Source: Aggregatilineales bacterium
GTDB lineage: Bacteria; Chloroflexota; Anaerolineae; Aggregatilineales; Phototrophicaceae
Assembly: GCA_038328375.1 (NCBI GenBank)
Contig: JBBQLX010000011.1
Location: forward strand, 1,283-65,282
Length of the DNA: 64,000 bases
Direction: 5' to 3'
The notes beneath the pieces are model-generated. The model had not been told where the DNA came from, made no database searches, and was given only the letters and a program-made list of their open reading frames with translations. The translations under genes were made by a program, and so were the position numbers. Position 1 is the first letter of the stretch, and each line of letters begins with the position of its first letter. This document shows, piece by piece, positions 18,611-28,687 of the stretch.

Positions 18611-19561
18611 ATGAATTTGAACTTACCCATCATCGAGCAAGTCTCGAATTGTAAAAGTATCCTGATCGCGGGCATGGGCGGCGGTTTTGATATTTTTTGT
18701 GGCCTCCCCATTTACTTTGAACTGAAAAGTCGCGGGTTGAATGTTCATCTCGCCAATTACAGCTTTTCTTATTTCGATTCTTTTGAAGGTGTTCAACTCA
18801 CCGAAAGCTTGTATGGTGTGAAGGCTGGTGGCGATCTGATGTCACCTTATTTCCCCGAGCGCTATCTTGCCGAGTGGTTTCGCGACAAACGCGCTGAAGA
18901 GGTCACCATTTGGAGCTTCGAAAAACTCGGCGTTAGCCCGCTGCTGGAAAATTATCGCGTGTTGGTCAAGCATCTAGAAATCGACTGCATTATCCTCATT
19001 GATGGAGGTGTTGATAGTCTGATGCACGGTGATGAATCTGCTGTCGGCACAATCGTCGAAGATACGATTTCATTAGTTGCTGTGGGGGAATTAGAGGATG
19101 TTCCGGTTAAGTTAACCGTTTGTATCGGCATGGGTGCGGAGCAAGATATATCTTACCCGCAGGTCTTCGAGAATATCGCCCAACTTGCCGAAGCAGGTGC
19201 TTTTCTTGGCGCATGTTCGCTCACCAAAAACTTTCCCTCTTATCAAGCCTATGAAGAAGCGGTTTTGTATGTCCAAGCGAAAGAGTATCAAGATCCGAGT
19301 GTCATCAATTCGTCGATTATTTCGGCGGTGCAGGGCAAACACGGCAATTATCACATGACCACCAAGACCAAAAATAGCCATTTGTCGATTTCTCCATTGA
19401 TGTCAATTTATTGGTTCTTTGAGTTGTCTGCCATTGCCGAGCGCAATATGTTCTATTCGCATATTGGCACAAGCCAAACCTTCCACGATGCCTTGCGAAG
19501 TGTGATGCAAGTCAGCCGCTTTCTGGACAAACGCCAACCCTCCCGCAACACCTTGGGTTAA
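18611..19561 (+). CDS. DUF1152-like protein, paralog 1
   Basis: AGMGGGFDIF, IDGGVDSL, ISPLMSIYWFF. Confidence 0.78.
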   Translation: MNLNLPIIEQVSNCKSILIAGMGGGFDIFCGLPIYFELKSRGLNVHLANYSFSYFDSFEGVQLTESLYGVKAGGDLMSPYFPERYLAEWFRDKRAEEVTIWSFEKLGVSPLLENYRVLVKHLEIDCIILIDGGVDSLMHGDESAVGTIVEDTISLVAVGELEDVPVKLTVCIGMGAEQDISYPQVFENIAQLAEAGAFLGACSLTKNFPSYQAYEEAVLYVQAKEYQDPSVINSSIISAVQGKHGNYHMTTKTKNSHLSISPLMSIYWFFELSAIAERNMFYSHIGTSQTFHDALRSVMQVSRFLDKRQPSRNTLG

Positions 19562-19603
19562 GAGACTGAATACCTCCCATTTGCAGCATAAAAGGAATCA
19601 CTT

Positions 19604-20557
19604 TTGGATTTAAATCTGCCTATCTTTGATCAAGTCTCCAACTGCAAAAGTATTCTTATCGCAGGTATGGGCGGCGGTTTTGATATTTTTTGTGGCTTAC
19701 CCATCTACTTTGAACTGAAAAGTCGCGGTTTGAATGTTCATCTGGCAAACTATAGCTTTTCGCCTTTTGAACATCTATCGAAAAGCACATTTTTAACGGA
19801 CTCATTGGCAGGTATCACAGCGGATACTGAAAGCCCTTATCACTACTCGCCTGAGCATTATCTTGCTAAATGGTTTCGTGAAAAACGGGGTGAAGAAATC
19901 ACCATTTGGACTTTCGAAAATACAGGTGTTCGTCCCTTGCTGGAAAATTATCAAACCTTGGTTGCTCATCTACAGATTGACGGCATTCTGTTGATTGATG
20001 GTGGTGTTGATAGCTTGTTGCGTGGCGATGAAACCGAAGTTGGCACAATTTTAGAGGATACGATCTCGTTGATAGCTGTCAACGAATTGAAGCAGATTCC
20101 CGTTCGCTTGATTGCCTGTGTCGGCATGGGCATCGAAATCGAGATTGCCTATACTCAAATCTTTGAAAGTATTGCCAAATTGACCGAATTGGATGCCTAT
20201 CTGGGAGCCTGTTCATTAACGAAACGCATGTCGGTCTATCAAGCCTACGAGGATGCCTTATTGTTTGTGCAAAGCCGACCGGCTCAAGACCCCAGCGTAA
20301 TCAACTCGTCAGTCATTTCTGCTGTACAGGGAAAATATGGTAACTTTCATCTCACCTCAAAAACCAGCGGCAGCCATCTTTCAATCTCGCCCTTGATGTC
20401 ACTTTATTGGTTCTTTGAATTACCCGCCGTTGCCCGCCGCAATATGTTATTTAGTGATCTGCGTTACACCGATACTCGAACGGATGCCTATCGTGGTTTT
20501 CTAAAGGCAAGACGTAATCTCACCCTGCGTAAACCCGGCAAAAGCGTTTTGGGATAA
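19604..20557 (+). CDS. DUF1152-like protein, paralog 2 (TTG start)
   Basis: Collinear paralog of the upstream gene with near-identical first 50 aa. Confidence 0.78.
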   Translation: MDLNLPIFDQVSNCKSILIAGMGGGFDIFCGLPIYFELKSRGLNVHLANYSFSPFEHLSKSTFLTDSLAGITADTESPYHYSPEHYLAKWFREKRGEEITIWTFENTGVRPLLENYQTLVAHLQIDGILLIDGGVDSLLRGDETEVGTILEDTISLIAVNELKQIPVRLIACVGMGIEIEIAYTQIFESIAKLTELDAYLGACSLTKRMSVYQAYEDALLFVQSRPAQDPSVINSSVISAVQGKYGNFHLTSKTSGSHLSISPLMSLYWFFELPAVARRNMLFSDLRYTDTRTDAYRGFLKARRNLTLRKPGKSVLG

Positions 20558-20631
20558 CTCACTTATGAAATCATTTGCAGCTATTCTCAGAGGTGATTTG
20601 TCTTGTAACTTGTTTCTTGCAACTTGTGACT

Positions 20632-20795
20632 ATTCCGCGAATGCCTCCCTTGTATCCGCCGAACCCTGTAGCAGCGGCGGACACGACCGAGCTACTCGCT
20701 GCACTCAGCGGATGTAGCCGAGCTGCCTGCCCGCATTTTGTGCTGATCCAGCGGCTTTTCCCGTGCTTCCCGCCCGCCATTTCAGCGGTAAAAAT
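20632..20795 (+). repeat. Element Y, copy A (GC-rich structured non-coding repeat)
   Basis: 20674-20793 matches the reverse complement of 30933-31052 at 93/120 nt without gaps (manual count). Confidence 0.8.
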
Positions 20796-20871
20796 GTCAT
20801 TTGCGCCATAACCGACACAAAATTCTTATGTTTAATCTCTCTATTCCTCTGTGTCTCTGTGGTTCAATCGC

Positions 20872-22050
20872 TTATCCCCGCGCTCGGCTTTTCTTCGCCA
20901 ATATCCCGCGATACAACCCGTCGAGGTCTTTCACAAGCCGTTCGATACCATAACGGTCAACCATCAAGGCTTGCGCTTCAACACCATCAGGTGGGGCAGC
21001 CAGCGTTTCCACAATCGCCTTTGCCAGTGATGCTGGTTCTTGATCGTTCACCAGCTTGCCCAGTTTCCCATGATCGAGTAAATCCGGTAAGCCGCCCACT
21101 GCTGTCGCTACCACCGGACATCCCGCAGCCAGCGCCTCAATCACCGTTACAGGCGTACCCTCGTTGACGCTGCTAATCACCAGCACATCAAGGCCGCTGT
21201 AAATATAGGCCAAGTTTTTCTGCCAGCCTGTAAAAATGACCGCTTCCCGCAAGTCCAATTGATCAACCAGCGCTTCGATCTCGGCACGCATTTCACCATC
21301 ACCCACAATCACAAAGCGAGCGTTTGGGAGTTGTTTTCTGATTTCAGCCGCAGCTTTCAAAAATAAGGGGTGATTTTTAATTGGTGTGATGCGCCCCACA
21401 ATCCCGATTAACGGCGCGTCGGCTGATATTTGATGTTCTTTGCGGAACACGCCGGACTTGCGCCCGACTTTGGTAAACTCACCCAAATCCAATCCTAATG
21501 GCAGCACCGTAATCCGTCCCTTGCGCGTGATGTGATATTCTTCAGCCAGCTCACGCCGCAGCCCATCGGAAAGGGTAATAATCGTATCTGACATTCGTGC
21601 GGTTAGACGTTCCAATATGATAAAGAATTGTGTCTTGTTCGGGCTAAAATACCCCCGGAACACATGCCCGTGAAAGGTATGCACAATCACTGGTACACCC
21701 GCCAACCACGCCGCTAACCGTCCCACGAAACCAGCCTTAGCCGCATGAGTATGCACCACATCAGGTTTCATCTGCTTGATAAGTTGGTAGACCTTCCACA
21801 GCGTCCGAATATCACGTATCGGGTTTAGCGAACGCCCCAACTCGGGGATGATTATCGGCTCAATCCCGCGCTCTTTCGCGTAGTAAGTCATATCACCTTC
21901 GCCCGCTTCAATCGTGCCGCACACCAAGAAACTCTCGTAATCTGGTGCGCCCATCCGTTCAGTCAGATGGGTTACGGCTACCGCTGGCCCACCCACGTTC
22001 AGGCGGGCAATCAGGTTCATAATGCGAATAGGGCGTTGTGTTTGGCTCAT
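20872..22050 (-). CDS. Glycosyltransferase family 4
   Basis: PDVVHTHAAKAG, SSVNEGTPVTVIEALAAG. Confidence 0.92.
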   Translation of the reverse strand: MSQTQRPIRIMNLIARLNVGGPAVAVTHLTERMGAPDYESFLVCGTIEAGEGDMTYYAKERGIEPIIIPELGRSLNPIRDIRTLWKVYQLIKQMKPDVVHTHAAKAGFVGRLAAWLAGVPVIVHTFHGHVFRGYFSPNKTQFFIILERLTARMSDTIITLSDGLRRELAEEYHITRKGRITVLPLGLDLGEFTKVGRKSGVFRKEHQISADAPLIGIVGRITPIKNHPLFLKAAAEIRKQLPNARFVIVGDGEMRAEIEALVDQLDLREAVIFTGWQKNLAYIYSGLDVLVISSVNEGTPVTVIEALAAGCPVVATAVGGLPDLLDHGKLGKLVNDQEPASLAKAIVETLAAPPDGVEAQALMVDRYGIERLVKDLDGLYRGILAKKSRARG

Positions 22051-22061
22051 CAGTTATCCGT

Positions 22062-22550
22062 TCAATTGGAGTTCTTTAGAGGGATACCTGAGTCTTGCAT
22101 AGCCTGTGTATATTGCTCCCATGCCGCGTAAGCCAGCCGTTCAATCTCAATAGCATCTTCTTCGGAAGGCGTAGACTTTTGCTTTGCGCTATCAATCTGG
22201 CGTTCCACACTCAGTACCGCTTTTGCTACACTCACCAGTCGCCCTATTAAGGCCACCCCACCGAAGCGCTTTTCAGCCCAGCGCCATGCAAATAAGGTCG
22301 CGGTGACCAGCACCAAAACACTGGCGATCATGCTGGTGGTGTTCAAACTGGTGTCCTCATATTCCACTGCGATGTTGGCGCGTAGCTGGTTCGAGATGAT
22401 CCAAATCGCCAAAAAGACGAAGTAGGGGATGACGAATGTCAGCGCCAACTTTTTTAAGAGAACCCAACTGTGTTGGCGTGTATTTTGTTTGATCGACTCG
22501 ACTAATTCCTGTTCGAGCCGGATGCTGTCCTCTAGAGAATGCATTTCCAT
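22062..22550 (-). CDS. Hypothetical membrane protein (2 TM)
   Basis: ORF tightly packed in the GT operon. Confidence 0.65.
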   Translation of the reverse strand: MEMHSLEDSIRLEQELVESIKQNTRQHSWVLLKKLALTFVIPYFVFLAIWIISNQLRANIAVEYEDTSLNTTSMIASVLVLVTATLFAWRWAEKRFGGVALIGRLVSVAKAVLSVERQIDSAKQKSTPSEEDAIEIERLAYAAWEQYTQAMQDSGIPLKNSN

Positions 22551-22559
22551 GACTATGCC

Positions 22560-23684
22560 TCAAATTCCATCAGTTACCGTATGGTAAACCTCTATCGTTT
22601 CATTGACCATTCGTGTTGCACTGAAACTTGTTTCCAAGCGGTCGCGTCCCATCAAACCCATATGTTGGCGCAGGGCCGCGTCCTTCAGCAATTCGCTTAG
22701 TGCTTCTTTCAGCTCGCTTACATCACGCGGCTCGACCAGCAAACCCGTTTCGCGGTCATTGACCACTTCAGGTATAGCGCTCACGCGGCTGGCGATAATC
22801 GGTGTTTGCTGCGCCATCGCTTCCAATAGTACCAGTCCGAATCCTTCCCACAGGCTCGGCACGAGCAGTATATCTAATCCTGCCATTAACGCGGCTGCAT
22901 CTGACCGCCAGCCGAGGAAATGGACTCGATTGCTCAAGCCCGCTTGCTTACTTCTGGCTTCCAATTCCGGTCGCAGTAAACCTTCTCCAACCACCAGCAA
23001 ATGGGGCATCAGGAAGCTGTCCGCAAGCTGTATAAACGCCTCTAAACCGTAGCCTACACCTTTTTGCTCGATCAACCTGCATACAATACCGATGAACTGA
23101 ACCTCGGCTGGCAGCTTGAGTTCCGCAGTCAGCTTTTTTTTCGCATCGGTTCGATCAAGTGGTTTAACCGACGTGTCCATTCCATAATGAATGCGGTGCA
23201 TTTGCTTGGGGCTTGCCCCTTCAACTTTGATGCTAAATTCTTTGAGGGCATCCGAAATGGCTATCCCCGCGGTCGTCATTCTCCACAGCATCCGGTTGAC
23301 CAGTCGCACAGGCATCCGATAGCGGAAGGCATCATCATTGTGCCTACTGCTGATGACAGGAACACCGATCCACTTTGCCGCTAATGTGCCATACAGGTCA
23401 GCATGAATCAGATGGGTGTGAACGATGTCCGGCGAGAGAGCTTCTAACGCCTGTCGCAAGCGTGGAACGAGAGTTACATCGGCGTGATGCCGGATGACCA
23501 TCGGTTGCACAGGCACACCCTGAGCATTCAAAGCCGCGATATAGTTCTCCATCGGATTATTTGGTTCAACCAGCAGGATCATACGCGCATCAATATGCTG
23601 GCTGCGCAGGCCGCCGAGCAGTGTAATCAGGTGCTGTTCGGCTCCCGCGATACGAATAACTTTGATGATATGAACAACGCGCAT
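22560..23684 (-). CDS. Glycosyltransferase family 4
   Basis: PDIVHTHL, PSLWEGFGLVLLEAMA; start refined to ATG 23684. Confidence 0.9.
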   Translation of the reverse strand: MRVVHIIKVIRIAGAEQHLITLLGGLRSQHIDARMILLVEPNNPMENYIAALNAQGVPVQPMVIRHHADVTLVPRLRQALEALSPDIVHTHLIHADLYGTLAAKWIGVPVISSRHNDDAFRYRMPVRLVNRMLWRMTTAGIAISDALKEFSIKVEGASPKQMHRIHYGMDTSVKPLDRTDAKKKLTAELKLPAEVQFIGIVCRLIEQKGVGYGLEAFIQLADSFLMPHLLVVGEGLLRPELEARSKQAGLSNRVHFLGWRSDAAALMAGLDILLVPSLWEGFGLVLLEAMAQQTPIIASRVSAIPEVVNDRETGLLVEPRDVSELKEALSELLKDAALRQHMGLMGRDRLETSFSATRMVNETIEVYHTVTDGI

Positions 23685-23688
23685 GAGC

Positions 23689-24627
23689 TTACGACCTGCT
23701 TTGATACCACTCAATAGTCCGCTTCAAGCCGCTCTCGAAATCCACTATCGGCTCATAGGCCAATAGGGTTTGCGCTTTGGTGATGTCTGCCCGCGAATGT
23801 TTGACATCGCCTCTGCGTCCTTCAGCATGAATCGGCTCGATGGTTGTTCCAAGGTGGGCATTGATTTGCCCCACCAACTCCAACAGATTGACGCGCTTTC
23901 CGGTCGCAATGTTGATGACTTCGCCGTTGGCTTTTGGGGCATCGGCTGCCAACAGATTACCGTGAACTACATTCTCGACAAAGCAAAAGTCACGCGATTG
24001 TAAGCCATCACCTTGAATCATCGGTGCTTGACCGTCGATCATCCCCGTGATGAACAACGGTATCACGGCTGAATATTGTGAGGTTGGGTCTTGCCGCGCC
24101 CCGAACACATTGAAGTAACGTAGGCACACCGTTTCCAATTTGTAGATCTGTGCAAAACTCTGGCAGTAATATTCGCCTGCCAACTTGGAGACCCCATAAG
24201 GTGATAACGGCTTGGGTGCAGCGGTTTCGACTTGCTGCTCTGATGTATCGTTACCATAAGCAGCCGATGATGCTGCATACACCACCCGTCGCACACCCGC
24301 ATCCCGCGCCGCGACCAATACATTCAGTGTACCCGTTGCATTATGTTCATGTGTGAGTAGGGGATTATCAATACTTAAGGGAACGGATGCCAGCGCAGCA
24401 TGATGAAAAACAGTGTCCACGCCTTCGAATATTGGACGCAGCGCTGCCAAATCGGTGATGCTCACATCATAATATTCAACGTCACCATTGAGCAGCTCAA
24501 GATTAGCGCGTTTGCCGGTAATTAGATTATCGACAACCCGTACTGTGTGGCCTTCCTTCAATAACCGTTCCGCGATATGCGACCCGATAAAGCCCGCGCC
24601 GCCTGTGACAAGATAAGTTTTGTTCAT
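23689..24627 (-). CDS. NAD-dependent nucleotide-sugar epimerase (UDP-GlcNAc/Glc 4-epimerase-like)
   Basis: GGAGFIG, SPYGVSK, LRYFNVFGARQDP. Confidence 0.9.
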   Translation of the reverse strand: MNKTYLVTGGAGFIGSHIAERLLKEGHTVRVVDNLITGKRANLELLNGDVEYYDVSITDLAALRPIFEGVDTVFHHAALASVPLSIDNPLLTHEHNATGTLNVLVAARDAGVRRVVYAASSAAYGNDTSEQQVETAAPKPLSPYGVSKLAGEYYCQSFAQIYKLETVCLRYFNVFGARQDPTSQYSAVIPLFITGMIDGQAPMIQGDGLQSRDFCFVENVVHGNLLAADAPKANGEVINIATGKRVNLLELVGQINAHLGTTIEPIHAEGRRGDVKHSRADITKAQTLLAYEPIVDFESGLKRTIEWYQSRS

Positions 24628-24636
24628 GACTGTGCC

Positions 24637-25698
24637 TTATTGCAATGGTTGTGGTGGTTGAGGAGGTGGCAACAAAGGTTTCTGATAACGCAGCCGAATC
24701 CACATCATCAACAGGAAGAGCATGGCGAGAAAGAATAATCCGGCTATCCCAATCCGCAGCGCAATGTCAGGTGGTGCTGCCCCGACCAGCACACCGATAA
24801 ACCCGAAGATGATGCACGCTCCATACAAGATGAAAAGGGTTTGGCGTTGGCTAAAACCGATACTCATGAGACGGTGCGAGGTGTGGTCTTTGCCAGCTTC
24901 ACCGGGTGATCGACCTTCCAACAAGCGCGTCACCACCACCAGAGTGATGTCAAATATCGGCAGCGCCAGCACCAAAATCGGAATCATCCATGTGACGTTA
25001 AGCGGTTGTATGCCGAACTTCAGTTTGATACCGAGGACTGCCAAGATAAAACCCAGCACCAACGCGCCCATATCGCCCATAAAGACGCTTGCCGGATTGA
25101 AGTTGTAGATCAAGAAACCGACCGCGCTGCCTGCGAGTGCTGCGGCTAAGCTGGTGACCAGTGTTAACCCCTGCGAAAACGCGATGACTACAAAATAGAC
25201 AGCCGCAATTGCCGTAAGTCCGGCGGTGAGACCGTCCATGTTATCCATGAAGTTCGCCGCGTTCACAAGCGCTACCACCCACAAAACCGTCAGCGGAATA
25301 TCAATCCAAGGGGTTTGGAAGAGTTGAATACTGACCCCTGAAGCGACTAATCCTAATGAAGCGGCGATCATCGCCAGTAAGCGGATGCGGATGCCGAGGT
25401 TATAACGATCATCTAGCAAGCCAACGACGGCAAGGAAAGCCGAGCCTGCCAGAATTGCGCCCAATTCTTTCAAATGTTGGAGAGGACTAAAAAGAAGTAA
25501 CGATAAGAGTAAAGCGCCATAGATCGCTAAACCGCCCATCATCGGTTTGTGATCTTGGTGGATTTTTCGTTGGTTTGGCTTATCGACAACACCTAAGCGT
25601 ATGGCAATTCGCCGTGAAACAGGTGTAAATCCCAGTGAGGCGGCAAACCCTACCAGCAGAATAGGTATAAACTGCATCGCATCCATAAAGTTCTCCAT
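24637..25698 (-). CDS. MraY/WecA/TagO-family polyprenyl-phosphate HexNAc-1-P transferase
   Basis: GLLDD, NFMDNMDGL, NFNPASVFMGDMG, HTSHRL. Confidence 0.9.
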   Translation of the reverse strand: MENFMDAMQFIPILLVGFAASLGFTPVSRRIAIRLGVVDKPNQRKIHQDHKPMMGGLAIYGALLLSLLLFSPLQHLKELGAILAGSAFLAVVGLLDDRYNLGIRIRLLAMIAASLGLVASGVSIQLFQTPWIDIPLTVLWVVALVNAANFMDNMDGLTAGLTAIAAVYFVVIAFSQGLTLVTSLAAALAGSAVGFLIYNFNPASVFMGDMGALVLGFILAVLGIKLKFGIQPLNVTWMIPILVLALPIFDITLVVVTRLLEGRSPGEAGKDHTSHRLMSIGFSQRQTLFILYGACIIFGFIGVLVGAAPPDIALRIGIAGLFFLAMLFLLMMWIRLRYQKPLLPPPQPPQPLQ

Positions 25699-25878
25699 AT
25701 TTCCGTCGCGATTATACCTGATAAACAAATTCGTATTAAGGCGGATTGTGATTTTGACTACCTATGAGAACAAATGAGCCTCACCTAATAAACCTGTTCG
25801 TGATTGTCGAAACCGGATGAATGACCTTATCATCAAAATAGAATACTGTGCGAATAACGGTAGGATGGAATAAAGTCA

Positions 25879-27288
25879 TTGGTCAATACCATTAACCAAA
25901 TCTCAAAACGTGACGAAACACAACAGGTGCTGCTCGTCACATTAGCTCTCAATATACTGGTTGCCGTTTGTAAAATCATCATCGGCATTTGGAGTGGTGT
26001 TCTCTCGGTTTCAGCGGATGGTGTTCATTCACTTGTGGATGGGTCTTCAAATGTGGTGGCGTTGTTTGCCCACCGCATCGCCCAACGTCCTCCGGATGCC
26101 GATCATCCTTATGGGCACAGCCGTTTTGAAACAGTCGCGGCTTTGGCAATTGGTGGGTTCTTGGTGGTGACGGCCTTCGAACTCATTTCGGTGGCGCTGG
26201 AACGGCTGCGCCAAGGTGGAGAAGCACCCGTGATTGCGCCTCTAACCTTTGTAGTGATGATTGCCACACTTGGCATAAACCTGTTCGTTACCACCTATGA
26301 AATGCGGGCTGCCCGTCGCCTTGGTTCAGCTTTACTGGCGGCTGATGCGGCACATACTCGTTCGGATGTATTTGTCACGGTTTCAGTACTCATCAGCATG
26401 ACTTGTGTGGTGTTGTTTCGCTGGGCATGGGCGGATATTGTGACGACCGTTGTGATCGTCGGCTTTATCCTTCACGCTGCTTGGGAAATTATCAGCCATA
26501 CCGGACGAGTATTACTGGATGCTGCCCCATATCAGGCTGAGCAGCTTATCGAGTGGGTGGAGGCACTGCCCAGCGTCGAGCATGTTGCCCGTGCCCGCAG
26601 CCGTGGTTCAATGGATGCCGCGCAGGTGGACATTGATGTACAAGTCGCGCCGGAGATGACCGCTGCCCAAACCCAAGCCATCAGCGATGCCATTCGTGAC
26701 GAACTGGCGAAGAAGATTCGCGGGCTTGCAGAGGTCGAAGTGCATTTCGTACCTGTTACGGATCGCCCAGCCGATTATGCTTTGCTGGCTCGTGCGCGGG
26801 CTGATGCACTGGGTCTGACCACCCACGAAGTTTATGTGCGTGACGGTGACGACGGTAAGGTTATGGAAATGCATGTTGAGGTTCCACCGGGGCAAACGTT
26901 GGGGAAAGCCCACGAACAGGTGAGCCAACTTGAAGCCGATATTAAGTCGCGGTTGCCGGAAGTCGAAGAAGTCATTACTCATATTGAACCGGCAATCTCT
27001 CAGAAATCGGCCTCTGATTTTAATCAACAAACCGAGATTGACAGCTTTCGCAAGCAGGTCAATAAGCTGCTAAATGCCCATTTTCCACAGGCCGATTGGC
27101 ACAATATCGAAGTTTTTCCAACCATATCGGGGTTTACTGTAGCGATGCATGTCACCCTGCCAGCCCAGATTTCAGTGGAGGCGGCACACCAGATTGCCGA
27201 GAGTGCAGAAGTGTTGTTACGGGCGCATCTTCCACTGGTCGAGCGCGTAACCATCCACACCGAACCGCCGGATGAAACACCAGCCTAA
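25879..27288 (+). CDS. Cation diffusion facilitator with extended C-terminal domains
   Basis: ADGVHSLVD, HPYGHSRFE, ADAAHTRSD; three HxE(P)-ending C-terminal modules. Confidence 0.9.
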   Translation: MVNTINQISKRDETQQVLLVTLALNILVAVCKIIIGIWSGVLSVSADGVHSLVDGSSNVVALFAHRIAQRPPDADHPYGHSRFETVAALAIGGFLVVTAFELISVALERLRQGGEAPVIAPLTFVVMIATLGINLFVTTYEMRAARRLGSALLAADAAHTRSDVFVTVSVLISMTCVVLFRWAWADIVTTVVIVGFILHAAWEIISHTGRVLLDAAPYQAEQLIEWVEALPSVEHVARARSRGSMDAAQVDIDVQVAPEMTAAQTQAISDAIRDELAKKIRGLAEVEVHFVPVTDRPADYALLARARADALGLTTHEVYVRDGDDGKVMEMHVEVPPGQTLGKAHEQVSQLEADIKSRLPEVEEVITHIEPAISQKSASDFNQQTEIDSFRKQVNKLLNAHFPQADWHNIEVFPTISGFTVAMHVTLPAQISVEAAHQIAESAEVLLRAHLPLVERVTIHTEPPDETPA

Positions 27289-27337
27289 GCAAACTCTCGA
27301 AAGTTTCGATAAAAACACCCCAGTATTTGAATTGATT

Positions 27338-27373
27338 CCCTCCCTCGCTTGCGGGGGAGGGCTAGGGTGGGGG
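27338..27373 (+). repeat. REP-like repeat, copy 2
   Basis: CCCTCCCTCGCTTGCGGGGGAGGGCTAGGGTGGGG between convergent genes. Confidence 0.7.
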
Positions 27374-27469
27374 TTGGCTCATTTCTTTCGATAACCTTTA
27401 GTCATCAGCCGAAATAAAAGACACCGTTCCCATACGGACGGTGTCTTTTTGATTGACAGTACCTGACCG

Positions 27470-28504
27470 TTATTTAACGATGAGTACTGTGACCATGCCA
27501 AACATACCATGACGTGTTTCGGCGTGAGTGAGAACATGGCAATGGAAAGCCCACACGCCCGGTTCATCCGCATCAATGACGACATCATAACGTTCACCGG
27601 GGGCAACGCAGAGTGTGTCGACGAGATAGGGGTAGGGTAGTGAATTACCATCTTTCGCGATGACCGATTGCGTAATTCCGTGCAGATGCATTGGATGGAT
27701 CATCAAGCCTTCGTTCATATAACGAACGCGTATTTTCTGACCCAGTTGAGCGACGATTGGCTGTGTATTCGGGAATTGTCTGCCGTTGATGGTGAAGCCC
27801 AACGTCGTATCGTTCAGGACAAAGGTGTAATCAGCATCGACTTTAGGTTCGTTTGTCTTGTCTTTTGGCTCGACAATCAAAGCGCCAAGCAAGCCGCTTG
27901 TGACTTGTTCAGCCGAGTTGTGATGCGAATGGTACATATGAGTACCCGCATTTCTTGCCGTAAATTCATACTGATGTGTTGCTCCGGGTTTGATGACGGG
28001 TTGAGTAATAAACGGTACACCGTCTTGATCATTCGGTACACGCAGGCCATGAAAGTGGATGGCTGTGCTTTGTGTCATTTCGTTTTTGACGACGAAGCGC
28101 ACTTTATCGCCTTCGGTAAAGCGAATTTCTGGGCCGGGAACTGTACCGTTATAGGCCATCGCCGGGAAGGTGTTACCGGGGGAAGTTTCCCATTGAATCT
28201 CTTGGCAGACCAGATTAAATACCTTCACATCACCGTCCATGACAGGGGCTAACGGTTTGCTCCAGAAATCAGGTTCTTTACCAACGTTTTCCAAGAAGGC
28301 TTTTACACCTGCTTCGTGCATAGCATCCATATCATCAGCGGTTTCACCCGCTTGCTGAATGAGGTCGTGACCATCTTCAACAGGGAGGTTGCTGCCAGCA
28401 CCAAATATTTTACCCGGTTGCGAGAACATGGCTGCTGCGCCGACTGTCCCTGCGCCAATCCCCGCCATTTTTAAGAAACGACGCCGCCCATATTGATCTG
28501 CCAT
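27470..28504 (-). CDS. Tat-exported two-domain multicopper oxidase
   Basis: RRRFLK signal; IHFHG, YHSH, HPMHLHG, FHCHVLTHAE...M copper motifs. Confidence 0.88.
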   Translation of the reverse strand: MADQYGRRRFLKMAGIGAGTVGAAAMFSQPGKIFGAGSNLPVEDGHDLIQQAGETADDMDAMHEAGVKAFLENVGKEPDFWSKPLAPVMDGDVKVFNLVCQEIQWETSPGNTFPAMAYNGTVPGPEIRFTEGDKVRFVVKNEMTQSTAIHFHGLRVPNDQDGVPFITQPVIKPGATHQYEFTARNAGTHMYHSHHNSAEQVTSGLLGALIVEPKDKTNEPKVDADYTFVLNDTTLGFTINGRQFPNTQPIVAQLGQKIRVRYMNEGLMIHPMHLHGITQSVIAKDGNSLPYPYLVDTLCVAPGERYDVVIDADEPGVWAFHCHVLTHAETRHGMFGMVTVLIVK

Positions 28505-28687
28505 TTGTCATGTCTCCTAAGCTGTCATAAATCTAAATTCAGCTTAATAGAAGGCTGTCATGCCCATGTAGAATGTTTGTCATGGAATTAACAGGAAGTG
28601 TTTCACTTGAGATAGTAATGCTCCCAAATATAGGATTAACATGTTCAAATAACGTTCATGCTGCAACTAAGGAGCAGACAATTTACG

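Noticed and set aside
20575-20811. Element Y as a small protein family (ORFs 20575-20811 and 30906-31145 look similar)
   Set aside because: Differences are spread evenly over codon positions, and there is no shared start or RBS; the similarity is explained at nucleotide level.
27470-28504. Copper nitrite reductase (nirK)
   Set aside because: The T1 Cys is in domain 2 and four HxH motifs are present, which fits a two-domain laccase-type MCO.
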